58,288 nt of DNA from Candidatus Flemingiibacterium sp. (lineage in GTDB: Bacteria; Bacillota; Clostridia; Oscillospirales; CAG-272): contig JAZNMQ010000002.1 of the NCBI GenBank assembly GCA_045579745.1, positions 1-58,288 on the forward strand, read 5' to 3'. The notes under the pieces are model-generated. The model was not told the origin of the DNA. It did no database searches and saw nothing but the letters and a program-made list of their open reading frames with translations. This document shows positions 50,076 through 58,288 of the stretch, in pieces (position 1 is the first letter of the stretch; each line of letters starts with the position of its first letter). A program made the translations under genes and the position numbers.

Positions 50076-50303
50076 TTAGTCGTTGTCAGGAGTTTTGCAA
50101 ATTTCGGCATCGAGCTCATCACGAATGCTTTTTATTTTTGCGGCATCGATTTTGCCCTTGCTTTTTTCAAAATAAGCCACGCTGTTTCTTGCCATAAGTA
50201 AAAACTGATTGTTGAGTGTACGTCCCTCGGATTTTGCTACATAATACAGCTTTTCGAGCAGATCATCCGAGATGCGCAGATTTACATTTTTTTGGTTTTT
50301 CAT
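50076..50303 (-). CDS. Arc-like ribbon-helix-helix DNA-binding protein
   Basis: VNLRISDDLLEKLYYVAKSEGRTLNNQ; RBS GAAAGGA. Confidence 0.85.
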   Translation of the reverse strand: MKNQKNVNLRISDDLLEKLYYVAKSEGRTLNNQFLLMARNSVAYFEKSKGKIDAAKIKSIRDELDAEICKTPDND

Positions 50304-50431
50304 AATCGTGTCCTTTCGTGGTTTTGTTATTGATATTAATATTATCTGACAAAATTTGAAATTGCATATTGAAAAAGTGTTTCCTATGTGTTAAAATTAG
50401 GATAAGATTTGATCGGAAAGGGAGAAAATTT

Positions 50432-51988
50432 ATGTTAGCAATTGTATACTCAGCCGGCTTGTCGGGAATAGATGGCTTTCCCGTTATCGTTGAGTGCAAT
50501 TCTCAAGAAAAGCTGCCGCAATTTGAGATAATAGGTTTACCCGATGCGGCGGTAAAGGAATCCAAGGATAGAATCATCTCGGCTCTCGAAAACAGCGGAT
50601 TCGAATTTCCCGATACTGCACTGACAATCAATTTAGCACCTGCTGACCGCAAAAAAGAGGGCTCGTCATACGACCTTGCAATGATGGTTGCGATTATGAA
50701 ATCAACACATATGCTCTCGAGTAAGCTTGATTTGTCAAAAAGCTGTTTTATCGGTGAGTTATCGCTTTCGGGAAACGTCCGCTCCGTCAAGGGCGTGCTT
50801 TGCATGGTTTTAGCGGCAAAAAATGCAGGAATGACGGATGTTTATGTGCCTTATGCAAATGCGGGCGAGGCATCGGTTGTAGAGGGCATTAATATATACG
50901 GCGTGGAGAGTGCATATGCGCTGATCAACCACTTTACAGGCAAAGCACCGCTCTTGCCAATTCGATTTGACAAAAAGCTGTTTGAAACGAATCTGTCAGA
51001 GGCATACGACGATTTTGCGGATGTCAAGGGTCAGGAAAAAGTAAAGCGAGCACTTGAGATTGCCGCGGCGGGAGGACATAATGTTTTGATGATAGGCCCT
51101 CCGGGTACGGGAAAATCCATGCTTGCAAAGCGTCTTCCGACTATTCTTCCGGAGCTTTCATTTGAAGAAGCGATTGAAACTACAAAGATTCACTCAATTG
51201 TCGGCCTTCTCGGTGAGGATGTTTCGATAGTAACGAAGCGTCCGTTCCGTTCACCCCATCACACAATGTCAGCACCAAGCCTTGTAGGCGGAGGAACAAA
51301 TCCTCAGCCCGGTGAAATATCGCTTGCACATAACGGCGTGCTTTTCCTTGATGAGCTGCCCGAGTTTAACAAGGCGGTTACCGAATCGCTCAGACAGCCG
51401 CTCGAGGATGGCGTGGTAACCATAACCCGAACAAGCGGAAAGGTTACATATCCCTGCTCATTTATGCTTATAGCGGCAATGAACCCGTGCAAATGCGGAT
51501 TTTACGGCCATCCGACACACAAATGCAGCTGTAAAGCCGCAGATATAAAGAGGTATTTGTCAAAAATCAGCGGTCCTCTTGTTGACAGAATGGATATTCA
51601 GGTTGAGGTTTCCTCTTTGCCGTATAAAGAGATATCCGCTCCGTCAAATGGCGAAACATCGGCTCAGATACGCGCGCGTGTAAATCGGGCGCGAGAATAC
51701 GCGCGTAAGAGATGCGAAAAGGCGGTTCACGAGGATCCGTCTATACAGATGGTTTACTGTAATGCGGATATGTCGTCGCGCCATTTTGCGAAATTCTGTC
51801 AGCTGAGCAAATCCGCTTCGGACATATTACAAAAAGCATACGAAAAGCTTGGACTTTCCGCACGCGGATACGACAGACTCCTCCGAGTGGCAAGAACTAT
51901 CGCAGACCTTGATTTGAGTGAAAATATTGAGGATATACACATCGCGGAGGCGATACAGCTTCGAAGTCTTGATAGAAAATATTTTTAA
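50432..51988 (+). CDS. comM: YifB/ComM family Mg-chelatase-like AAA+ ATPase
   Basis: GLPDAAVKES, INLAPAD, GPPGTGKSMLA, RPFRSPHH, LAHNGVLFLDE, AMNPCKCG, SARGYDR. Confidence 0.95.
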   Translation: MLAIVYSAGLSGIDGFPVIVECNSQEKLPQFEIIGLPDAAVKESKDRIISALENSGFEFPDTALTINLAPADRKKEGSSYDLAMMVAIMKSTHMLSSKLDLSKSCFIGELSLSGNVRSVKGVLCMVLAAKNAGMTDVYVPYANAGEASVVEGINIYGVESAYALINHFTGKAPLLPIRFDKKLFETNLSEAYDDFADVKGQEKVKRALEIAAAGGHNVLMIGPPGTGKSMLAKRLPTILPELSFEEAIETTKIHSIVGLLGEDVSIVTKRPFRSPHHTMSAPSLVGGGTNPQPGEISLAHNGVLFLDELPEFNKAVTESLRQPLEDGVVTITRTSGKVTYPCSFMLIAAMNPCKCGFYGHPTHKCSCKAADIKRYLSKISGPLVDRMDIQVEVSSLPYKEISAPSNGETSAQIRARVNRAREYARKRCEKAVHEDPSIQMVYCNADMSSRHFAKFCQLSKSASDILQKAYEKLGLSARGYDRLLRVARTIADLDLSENIEDIHIAEAIQLRSLDRKYF

Positions 51989-51995
51989 ACACCCC

Positions 51996-52166
51996 TGTGG
52001 AAAACTGTGAAACTAAAGCTACACAAAAAGCTGATAACTTACGCAAATTTGCACATTTTTGTGGAAAACCATGTGAAAAGTGTGAGAAATTGCTTTAATT
52101 CGATTGAAAATTATCCACAATGCCAACATGTTGATATGTGGATAAATAAAATCGGACTGTGGAAAA
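51996..52166. promoter_or_regulatory. DnaA-box cluster between convergent comM and proA
   Basis: TTATCCACA 52111, TGTGGATAA 52137, TGTGGAAAA 51996, 52060, 52158. Confidence 0.8.
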
Positions 52167-52172
52167 CTTTAT

Positions 52173-52212
52173 AAAAAACAACGGAGCCTCGAGTTTTGAG
52201 GCTCCAATTTTC
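52173..52212. terminator. Bidirectional terminator between comM and proA
   Basis: GGAGCCTC-7nt-GAGGCTCC flanked by A- and T-tracts. Confidence 0.65.
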
Positions 52213-52220
52213 TGTTTTAT

Positions 52221-53468
52221 TTATCTTACCTGTCCATTTCCGATTATAAGATATTTTTCGGTAGTGAGTGCGCCGAGCCCCATGGGACCGCGCGCATGAA
52301 GCTTTTGCGTCGATATTCCAAGCTCTGCACCGAATCCGAACTCTCCACCATCGGTGAATCTTGTCGATGCGTTGACATAGACAGCAGCGGCGTCAATCTC
52401 GCTTTGGAATTTTGCTGCATTTTCCATGCTGCGAGTAATGATAGCCTCGCTGTGACCTGTATTATGTCGATTGATGTGAGCTATTGCCTCATCAATGTCT
52501 GACACGATTTTGACTGCGAGAATGTAGTCGTCATATTCTGTTTCCCAGTCCGATTCAGCTGCGGCACCGCAGGTGATTATCTCGCGAGTTTTTTCGCAGC
52601 CGCGAAGCTCAAGCGATGCACCGCTTAGCGCCGAAACAAATTTGGGCAGAAATTCTGCCGCTTCAGCTTCATGTATGAGCATGGTTTCAATTGCATTGCA
52701 AACTGACGGGCGCGACATTTTGGCGTTAATGGCGACATTAACCGCAAGGTTAAGATCAGCCGATTTGTCAATATAGATATGACAGTTGCCAGCTCCCGTT
52801 TCGATTACGGGAACGGTTGCATTGTCAACAACGCTTCTGATAAGTCCTGCGCCTCCGCGTGGAACGAGAAGATCGACAAGTCCTCTCATCTGCATGAGTG
52901 CCTTGGAGCTTTCGCGCGAGGTGTCATCGATAAAGCCTATTGCATCAGACGGCAAGCCGTTTTCGCTTAACGCACGCTTCATAATTGAAACGAGCACACG
53001 ATTGGTTTCAATAGCTTCCTTGCCTCCGCGAAGGACACACGCGTTTCCGGTTTTTATGCAGAGCGCGGCGGCATCGACTGTAACATTCGGGCGAGCCTCG
53101 TATATTATTGCGACAACGCCGAGCGGAACTCTGATATGCTCAATAACAAGCCCATTTGGACGAGTTGTGCGCGTGCCTGAGCCTATCGGGTCCTCGAGCA
53201 TTACAAGCTCTTTAAGACTGTCTGCAATGGCGTTAATGCGCTTTTCATCAAGCTTCAGACGGTCAAGCATAGGAGCGGGTACACCGTTTTTATCTGCATT
53301 TGCAAGGTCGAGCTTGTTAGCACAAATAATCGAATCGCATTCACATTTAAGAAGCTCCGATATTTTTAACAGCACATTATTTTTTACTTTTGTGCTTGCT
53401 TTGGCAGGTGAATTTTTAGCATCGACAGCCGCTTTACAGATCGATTTTACATATTCAAAGGTTTCCAT
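52221..53468 (-). CDS. proA: Gamma-glutamyl phosphate reductase
   Basis: VPLGVVAIIYEARPNVT, LRGGKEA, PRGGAGLI, SVCNAIE, NASTRFTDG, KLHARGPMG. Confidence 0.97.
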   Translation of the reverse strand: METFEYVKSICKAAVDAKNSPAKASTKVKNNVLLKISELLKCECDSIICANKLDLANADKNGVPAPMLDRLKLDEKRINAIADSLKELVMLEDPIGSGTRTTRPNGLVIEHIRVPLGVVAIIYEARPNVTVDAAALCIKTGNACVLRGGKEAIETNRVLVSIMKRALSENGLPSDAIGFIDDTSRESSKALMQMRGLVDLLVPRGGAGLIRSVVDNATVPVIETGAGNCHIYIDKSADLNLAVNVAINAKMSRPSVCNAIETMLIHEAEAAEFLPKFVSALSGASLELRGCEKTREIITCGAAAESDWETEYDDYILAVKIVSDIDEAIAHINRHNTGHSEAIITRSMENAAKFQSEIDAAAVYVNASTRFTDGGEFGFGAELGISTQKLHARGPMGLGALTTEKYLIIGNGQVR

Positions 53469-53493
53469 TTGTTCTGCCTTTCAAAAAACAGTA

Positions 53494-54672
53494 TTAAATA
53501 CGAACAAGTGTCGCAAGCGATGCCTCAAGAGCATCGAGAAAAATATCAGCATCTTTGATGGTATTCGAAGAGCCAAGGCTTACGCGTATCGTGCAGTCGG
53601 CATCATGCTCGGAAAGTCCAAAAGCGCGAAGCACATGACTTCCGTGCCCCGTATTTGATGAGCATGCAGAGCCGCTCGAAACGAATACTCCCTTTTGAGA
53701 GAGACTGTGAAGCATTGTTTCGCTTTTTATTGATGGGAGTGTGATGCTTATTATATGACCGACAGAGCTTTCGGGGATATTCAGCTTTATTCCTTTAAAT
53801 GCCGCTCTGTTTAAGAGATTGCTAATAATGTGAGAGCGAATTTCGGATATTCTTGAGATATCACTATCAAGCGTTGAAAACGCTGAGCTTGCGGCTGCAC
53901 CGAATCCGACAATTCCAAGAACATTTTCGGTTCCTGAGCGCATACCGAACTCCTGACCGCCGCCGAATATTATCGGAACGAGCTTTTTTGCCGTCAAAAC
54001 AGCAGGAGATACATACAGTGCGCCGATGCCCTTTGGTCCGCCTATCTTGTGTGCGCTGAGCGTGATCAGATCGGCTCCGAGCGATTTTTCGGTGAAGCGC
54101 ATCTTCATATAGCCTTGTACGCAGTCTGTGTGTATGAGAGCGTCCGGATTGGCGGATTTTATGATTTTGGAAATACGCTTAATATCATATATCGCTCCAG
54201 TTTCATTGTTAACAAGCATGAAGCTTGCGAGTATGGTATTTCTGTCGGCTGTGCGTTCGATAAGCTCATAGTCCGGCACACCGTTTGGAGTCGGTATTCG
54301 TACAATCTCGAAGCCACGACGCTCAAGCTCATCGACGGTGCTGAGTATAGCAGGATGCTCGCTGTCAGAAACAATTATTTTTTTGCCGATATTATTCTTT
54401 TTAGACAAAGCAGTACCAAGCAGTGCGAGATTGTCAGCTTCGGTTCCGCTTGCAGTAAATATCAGCTGTTTTTGGGAAATCTTCGTTATACCCTTGATTC
54501 CGATAGTAGCTAAGATTTTGCGTCGTGAATCTGATACAAGCTTTTCCGCATCAACACCCATTGTGTGAAGGCTGGACGGGTTTCCGAATGTGTCCATTGC
54601 ATCGCAGATCGCGCTTCTTGCCGCCTCGCAAAGCGGAGTGGTTGCACTGTTGTCAAAATAAACGCTTCCCAT
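53494..54672 (-). CDS. Cysteine desulfurase (IscS/NifS family)
   Basis: YFDNSATT, GNPSSLH, SGTEADN, SAHKIGGPKG, RSGTEN, SSGSACSS. Confidence 0.93.
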   Translation of the reverse strand: MGSVYFDNSATTPLCEAARSAICDAMDTFGNPSSLHTMGVDAEKLVSDSRRKILATIGIKGITKISQKQLIFTASGTEADNLALLGTALSKKNNIGKKIIVSDSEHPAILSTVDELERRGFEIVRIPTPNGVPDYELIERTADRNTILASFMLVNNETGAIYDIKRISKIIKSANPDALIHTDCVQGYMKMRFTEKSLGADLITLSAHKIGGPKGIGALYVSPAVLTAKKLVPIIFGGGQEFGMRSGTENVLGIVGFGAAASSAFSTLDSDISRISEIRSHIISNLLNRAAFKGIKLNIPESSVGHIISITLPSIKSETMLHSLSQKGVFVSSGSACSSNTGHGSHVLRAFGLSEHDADCTIRVSLGSSNTIKDADIFLDALEASLATLVRI

Positions 54673-54678
54673 TTTGAC

Positions 54679-55203
54679 TTATTTGAACTCGAAGTGGTCG
54701 AGAATTGCTATTACATCCTCAATGTGTTTGTCGTACATATCTGTGGTTGCGGTATATGTGAAAATATAAACCTGATTATCCTTGATGGTTACAAGCTGCA
54801 TGATCTTGTAGTTAAGATCAGACATCGAAGCGGTGTAGATATACTGCATGCCAGGAACACCGTCGAGCGTAATTTCATCGGTATCGACATATTCGAGGTC
54901 GGGGAAAATTGCTTTGAGGTCAGGCTCATAATTCTTCCAGTAATCCTCAACGCTGAAAATTGTTCCGTCAAGTCCGAATGCCATCATAGAAATGTTTGAT
55001 GGATCGCGCGCGTCGAAATATGCCGAGGTAACACCTGTCGAAACATCGGATATCCACTCATCGGGGACATACAGGTTATATGTCACTCCGTCGTTTGAGA
55101 TCCTTTTGAAGCCCATTGGAGCGGTTGGGTCAGCCTGAGTGCACGAGGCAAGCATTGTCAGAGCAAGAAGCAGTGTGATAATCAGTGTAATCGTTTTTTT
55201 CAT
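54679..55203 (-). CDS. DcrB/PsbP-related lipoprotein
   Basis: ATG 55203 with RBS GAAAGGA, lipobox LASC, LYVPDEW, YIFTYTA; the longer ORF call runs into rnpB and is rejected. Confidence 0.8.
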   Translation of the reverse strand: MKKTITLIITLLLALTMLASCTQADPTAPMGFKRISNDGVTYNLYVPDEWISDVSTGVTSAYFDARDPSNISMMAFGLDGTIFSVEDYWKNYEPDLKAIFPDLEYVDTDEITLDGVPGMQYIYTASMSDLNYKIMQLVTIKDNQVYIFTYTATTDMYDKHIEDVIAILDHFEFK

Positions 55204-55405
55204 GTTATTTCCTTTCAGTCCGTTCGGGCGTATTTTACTATAATTAATCATTGATGCTATTATACAACCTTTGGATATGGTTGTCAACTTGATTTTGTAA
55301 ACATAAGTGCGGTATTTGTTAAAAAATCGCGTTTTAAAGCTTGCAAGTGAGTATAAAAAGATCCGACAGGAAGATGACTCCATGTCGGACTCCAGAACAA
55401 AAAAG

Positions 55406-55770
55406 CGACCGGGTCTATAAGCCGGGTTCTGTAATCGGCGATTATCTATCTTTGCGTGACGTCTCCGACACGCTCCGCGTAAAACGCATGCCACCCGTAG
55501 GCTCTGTCGGGCAAACAGCCACAAAAGCGGATCCTACATACGGTGTTGCTTCGGATAGGGTTTACAGCGAGCCTATGTTACCATAAGCTCGGGTGAGCTC
55601 TTACCTCGCCTTTCCACCCTTACCGTGACAAGCACGGCGGTATATCTCTGTTGCACTTTCCCGGAGGTCACCCTCGGCGGACGTTATCCGTTATCCTGCC
55701 CTATGAAGCCCGGACTTTCCTCATGATAATACCTTTCGGCAACATATCACGCAACCGCCCGACCCGGTCA
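55406..55770 (-). ncRNA. rnpB: RNase P RNA (type A)
   Basis: Minus strand GAGGAAAGTCCGGGC, GAAAGTGCAACAGA, TAAACCC, ACAGAACCCGGCTTA; terminal P1 helix GACCGGGTC/GACCCGGTC. Confidence 0.97.
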
Positions 55771-55778
55771 TGACTTAA

Positions 55779-55807
55779 ATTATACCATAAAAGCACGGGA
55801 TTGTCAA
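55779..55807 (-). promoter_or_regulatory. Consensus sigma-A promoter of rnpB
   Basis: TTGACA-17nt-TATAAT with TG extension, 8 nt upstream of the RNA 5' end. Confidence 0.9.
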
Positions 55808-55879
55808 CATTTTTTCTGCCTATGGCGACATTATGGAAAAAATGTCAATTAAAAAAATTATTTATTTACACTCTGTATA

Positions 55880-55908
55880 TTGAACGAAAAAAATTTATGT
55901 GATATAAT
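55880..55908 (+). promoter_or_regulatory. Sigma-A promoter of the activase gene
   Basis: TTGAAC-17nt-TATAAT with TG extension. Confidence 0.65.
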
Positions 55909-56046
55909 TATAAGGTATCAAAATGCAAATCAGGCATTCATGGCTGAGCTTTCGTCCTGACGGCAGCTCGGGAAATGCCAACTTATGAAACTCATCAAAA
56001 AATTTTGTTAGAATTATTCGCTTGTGCGAGAACATGGAGAAAAAGA

Positions 56047-58288
56047 ATGAGAATCGGACTGGATGTTGGGTCCACTACACTAAAATGTGTTGTACTCGAT
56101 GATGATAATAAAATCATATATAAATCATATAAGAGACACTTCGCGCAGATAACCGAAAGCACGGTTGAGCTTCTCAAAACACTCAGCAGCTCAATAAATG
56201 GCGCGGACAACGCTGTGCTATCTATATCCGGCTCGGCAGGAATGGGTATGGCTGAGTCATGCGGTATAGGCTTTGTGCAGGAGGTTTATGCAACCCGACT
56301 TGCTGTAAAGCGACTTATTCCCGAAACGGATGTCGTAATAGAGCTTGGCGGTGAGGATGCGAAGATTCTCTATTTAGACGGCACAATGGAAGTGCGTATG
56401 AACGGTTCGTGTGCAGGCGGAACAGGAGCGTTTATTGACCAGATGGCGACGCTTCTCGCAATAACGCCTGATGAGCTTAATGAGCTTTCTCACGGATGTG
56501 AAAAAATATATACAATTGCATCGAGATGCGGAGTTTTTGCAAAGAGCGATATTCAGCCGCTTATAAATCAGGGCGCGAAGAAAGAGGATATCTCCGCGAG
56601 CATTTTCTATGCCGTGGTTAATCAGACTATCGCAGGACTTGCGCAGGGACGCCCGATAAAGGGAAATGTTGTGTATCTCGGAGGTCCTCTGACGTTCATG
56701 GACGGACTACGAAATGCGTTTGACAAATCGTTGTCGCTCGAGGGTGTTTGCCCTGAAAACTCGCTGTATTTTGTATCCATCGGCGCGGCACTCGGTGCTG
56801 AGCTTGCAAGCAGCGGTGCTACTTTAAAAGAGGCTATTGAGCGGATCGAGGGCTACAAAACTGAGGGAAGATATTTGTCATGCCCGCCCCTATTCAACTG
56901 CGAGGAAGAATACAAGGAGTTTGAAGCAAGACACGCAAAAGATAAGGTCGAATATTTTTCACCCGATGATTACAGAGGAAATGCGTACATAGGAATCGAT
57001 GCGGGCTCGACTACCGTAAAAGCGGTTGTAATGAACGAGGACCGCAACATTCTTTGCTCGCTCTACAAATCAAACAGCGGTAATCCCGTTCCGATAATTC
57101 GCGAATTCCTTACGGTATTTTACAATAAATATCCGCATATCAAAATAGCCGGCTCTGCGGTAACCGGCTATGGCGAGGAGATAATCAAAAATGCGTTCGC
57201 GGTAGATTTCGGCATTGTCGAAACGATGGCACATTTCTTCGCGGCAAAGAAATTCATGCCGAACGTCGATTTTATCATCGATATCGGCGGTCAGGATATC
57301 AAGTGCTTCAAAATCCGAAACGGTGCGATTGATAATATCTTTTTAAACGAAGCCTGCTCATCGGGATGTGGCTCATTCCTTCAAACATTTGCAGGCGCAC
57401 TCGGACAGAATATTGATGAGTTCGCAAGGGAAGGCCTGTTTGCAAAAGCTCCCGTGGATCTCGGCTCGAGATGCACTGTATTTATGAACTCCTCCGTCAA
57501 GCAGGCTCAAAAGGATGGCGCGACGGTTGATAATATTTCGGCAGGACTGTCGATTTCGGTCGTTAAAAACGCGCTGTATAAGGTTATACGCGCATCGGGT
57601 CCCGAATCACTTGGCAAGAACATCGTTGTGCAGGGCGGTACATTCCTAAATGATGCGGTGCTCCGCGCTTTTGAGCAGGAAATCGGCTGTGATGTCGTTC
57701 GACCGAACATAGCAGGCTTGATGGGCGCATACGGTGCGGCAATCTACGCAAAAGACTGCTCAAAGGGCTCGTCAACGATAATCGATGCGGATATGCTTGC
57801 AGAGTTCAAGCATGATGTAAAGGTTACAACCTGCGGTCTTTGTGAAAACCATTGCAGATTGACCGTAAACACCTTTAACGGCGGCAGAAAATTCATAGGC
57901 GGAAACCGCTGTGAACGGCCGACAGCTCGTGCAAAAGCCGGCGAGAGCTTTAACCTATACGAATATAAGCTCTCTCTGCTCTCCGAATATAACAATAAGC
58001 CAAGCTCGCCAAAGGCTCGAATCGGCTTGCTGATGGGACTTAATATGTACGAAATGCTGCCTTTCTGGCATAAGTTTTTCACACAGCTCGGCTTTGAGGT
58101 CGTATTATCGCCGCGCTCGGACAGAAAGCTATACCTGTCAGGTCAGCAGACGATTCCATCGGATACGGTATGCTTCCCCGCAAAGCTTATACACGGACAC
58201 GTTGAGGCGCTTCTCGATATGAATGTAGATGCGATCTTCTATCCGTGTATGACATATAATTTCGACGAAAAGCTTGGCGACAATCACT
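56047..58288 (+). CDS. 2-hydroxyacyl-CoA dehydratase activase-like multidomain protein (two BcrAD/BadFG ATPase domains + DUF2229), truncated at window end
   Basis: Hand translation MRIGLDVGSTT, ELGGEDAK, MNGSCAGGTG, GIDAGSTT, DIGGQD, NEACSSGCG, CGLCENHC; no stop before 58288 so absent from ORF track. Confidence 0.92.
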   Translation, partial: MRIGLDVGSTTLKCVVLDDDNKIIYKSYKRHFAQITESTVELLKTLSSSINGADNAVLSISGSAGMGMAESCGIGFVQEVYATRLAVKRLIPETDVVIELGGEDAKILYLDGTMEVRMNGSCAGGTGAFIDQMATLLAITPDELNELSHGCEKIYTIASRCGVFAKSDIQPLINQGAKKEDISASIFYAVVNQTIAGLAQGRPIKGNVVYLGGPLTFMDGLRNAFDKSLSLEGVCPENSLYFVSIGAALGAELASSGATLKEAIERIEGYKTEGRYLSCPPLFNCEEEYKEFEARHAKDKVEYFSPDDYRGNAYIGIDAGSTTVKAVVMNEDRNILCSLYKSNSGNPVPIIREFLTVFYNKYPHIKIAGSAVTGYGEEIIKNAFAVDFGIVETMAHFFAAKKFMPNVDFIIDIGGQDIKCFKIRNGAIDNIFLNEACSSGCGSFLQTFAGALGQNIDEFAREGLFAKAPVDLGSRCTVFMNSSVKQAQKDGATVDNISAGLSISVVKNALYKVIRASGPESLGKNIVVQGGTFLNDAVLRAFEQEIGCDVVRPNIAGLMGAYGAAIYAKDCSKGSSTIIDADMLAEFKHDVKVTTCGLCENHCRLTVNTFNGGRKFIGGNRCERPTARAKAGESFNLYEYKLSLLSEYNNKPSSPKARIGLLMGLNMYEMLPFWHKFFTQLGFEVVLSPRSDRKLYLSGQQTIPSDTVCFPAKLIHGHVEALLDMNVDAIFYPCMTYNFDEKLGDNH

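Noticed and set aside
55204-55586. N-terminal extension of the 54679..55524 ORF and the 55341..55586 ORF
   Set aside because: Overlap the RNase P RNA gene; the lipoprotein has a proper RBS and signal at 55203

Overview
Chromosomal window of an anaerobic Firmicute (Clostridia; gene content and order look Oscillospirales/Ruminococcaceae-like, which is inference) that spans the replication origin. From ~8.4 kb to the end it is almost all housekeeping: mgsA-like/minD, glyA, cinA, galK, yycJ, rlmH, mnmG-rsmG-noc-parA-parB-serS, mnmE-jag-yidC-yidD-rnpA-rpmH, dnaA-oriC-dnaN-recF-remB-gyrB-gyrA, recA-recX-rimO-pgsA, nifJ, comM, proA, a cysteine desulfurase, RNase P RNA and a partial 2-hydroxyacyl-CoA dehydratase activase. 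The first ~8.3 kb is accessory and holds the most unusual element: an apparent operon (two hypotheticals, double Zn-ribbon membrane protein, TPM-domain protein) ending in a 1237-aa exported, C-terminally membrane-anchored protein with about 220 cysteines (hand count) arranged as roughly 48 tandem four-Cys blocks in 60-aa/16-Cys units, with no CxxCH heme motifs and no Tat signal. Other notable points: an MgsA that has lost its catalytic residues and is coupled to minD, a probable ACG start codon for minD, two DnaA-box clusters outside oriC, a parS site embedded in cinA, an inverted mnmG-serS block, and a small family of GCTGTYGCA hairpins. No CRISPR array, rRNA, tRNA or transposase was seen.
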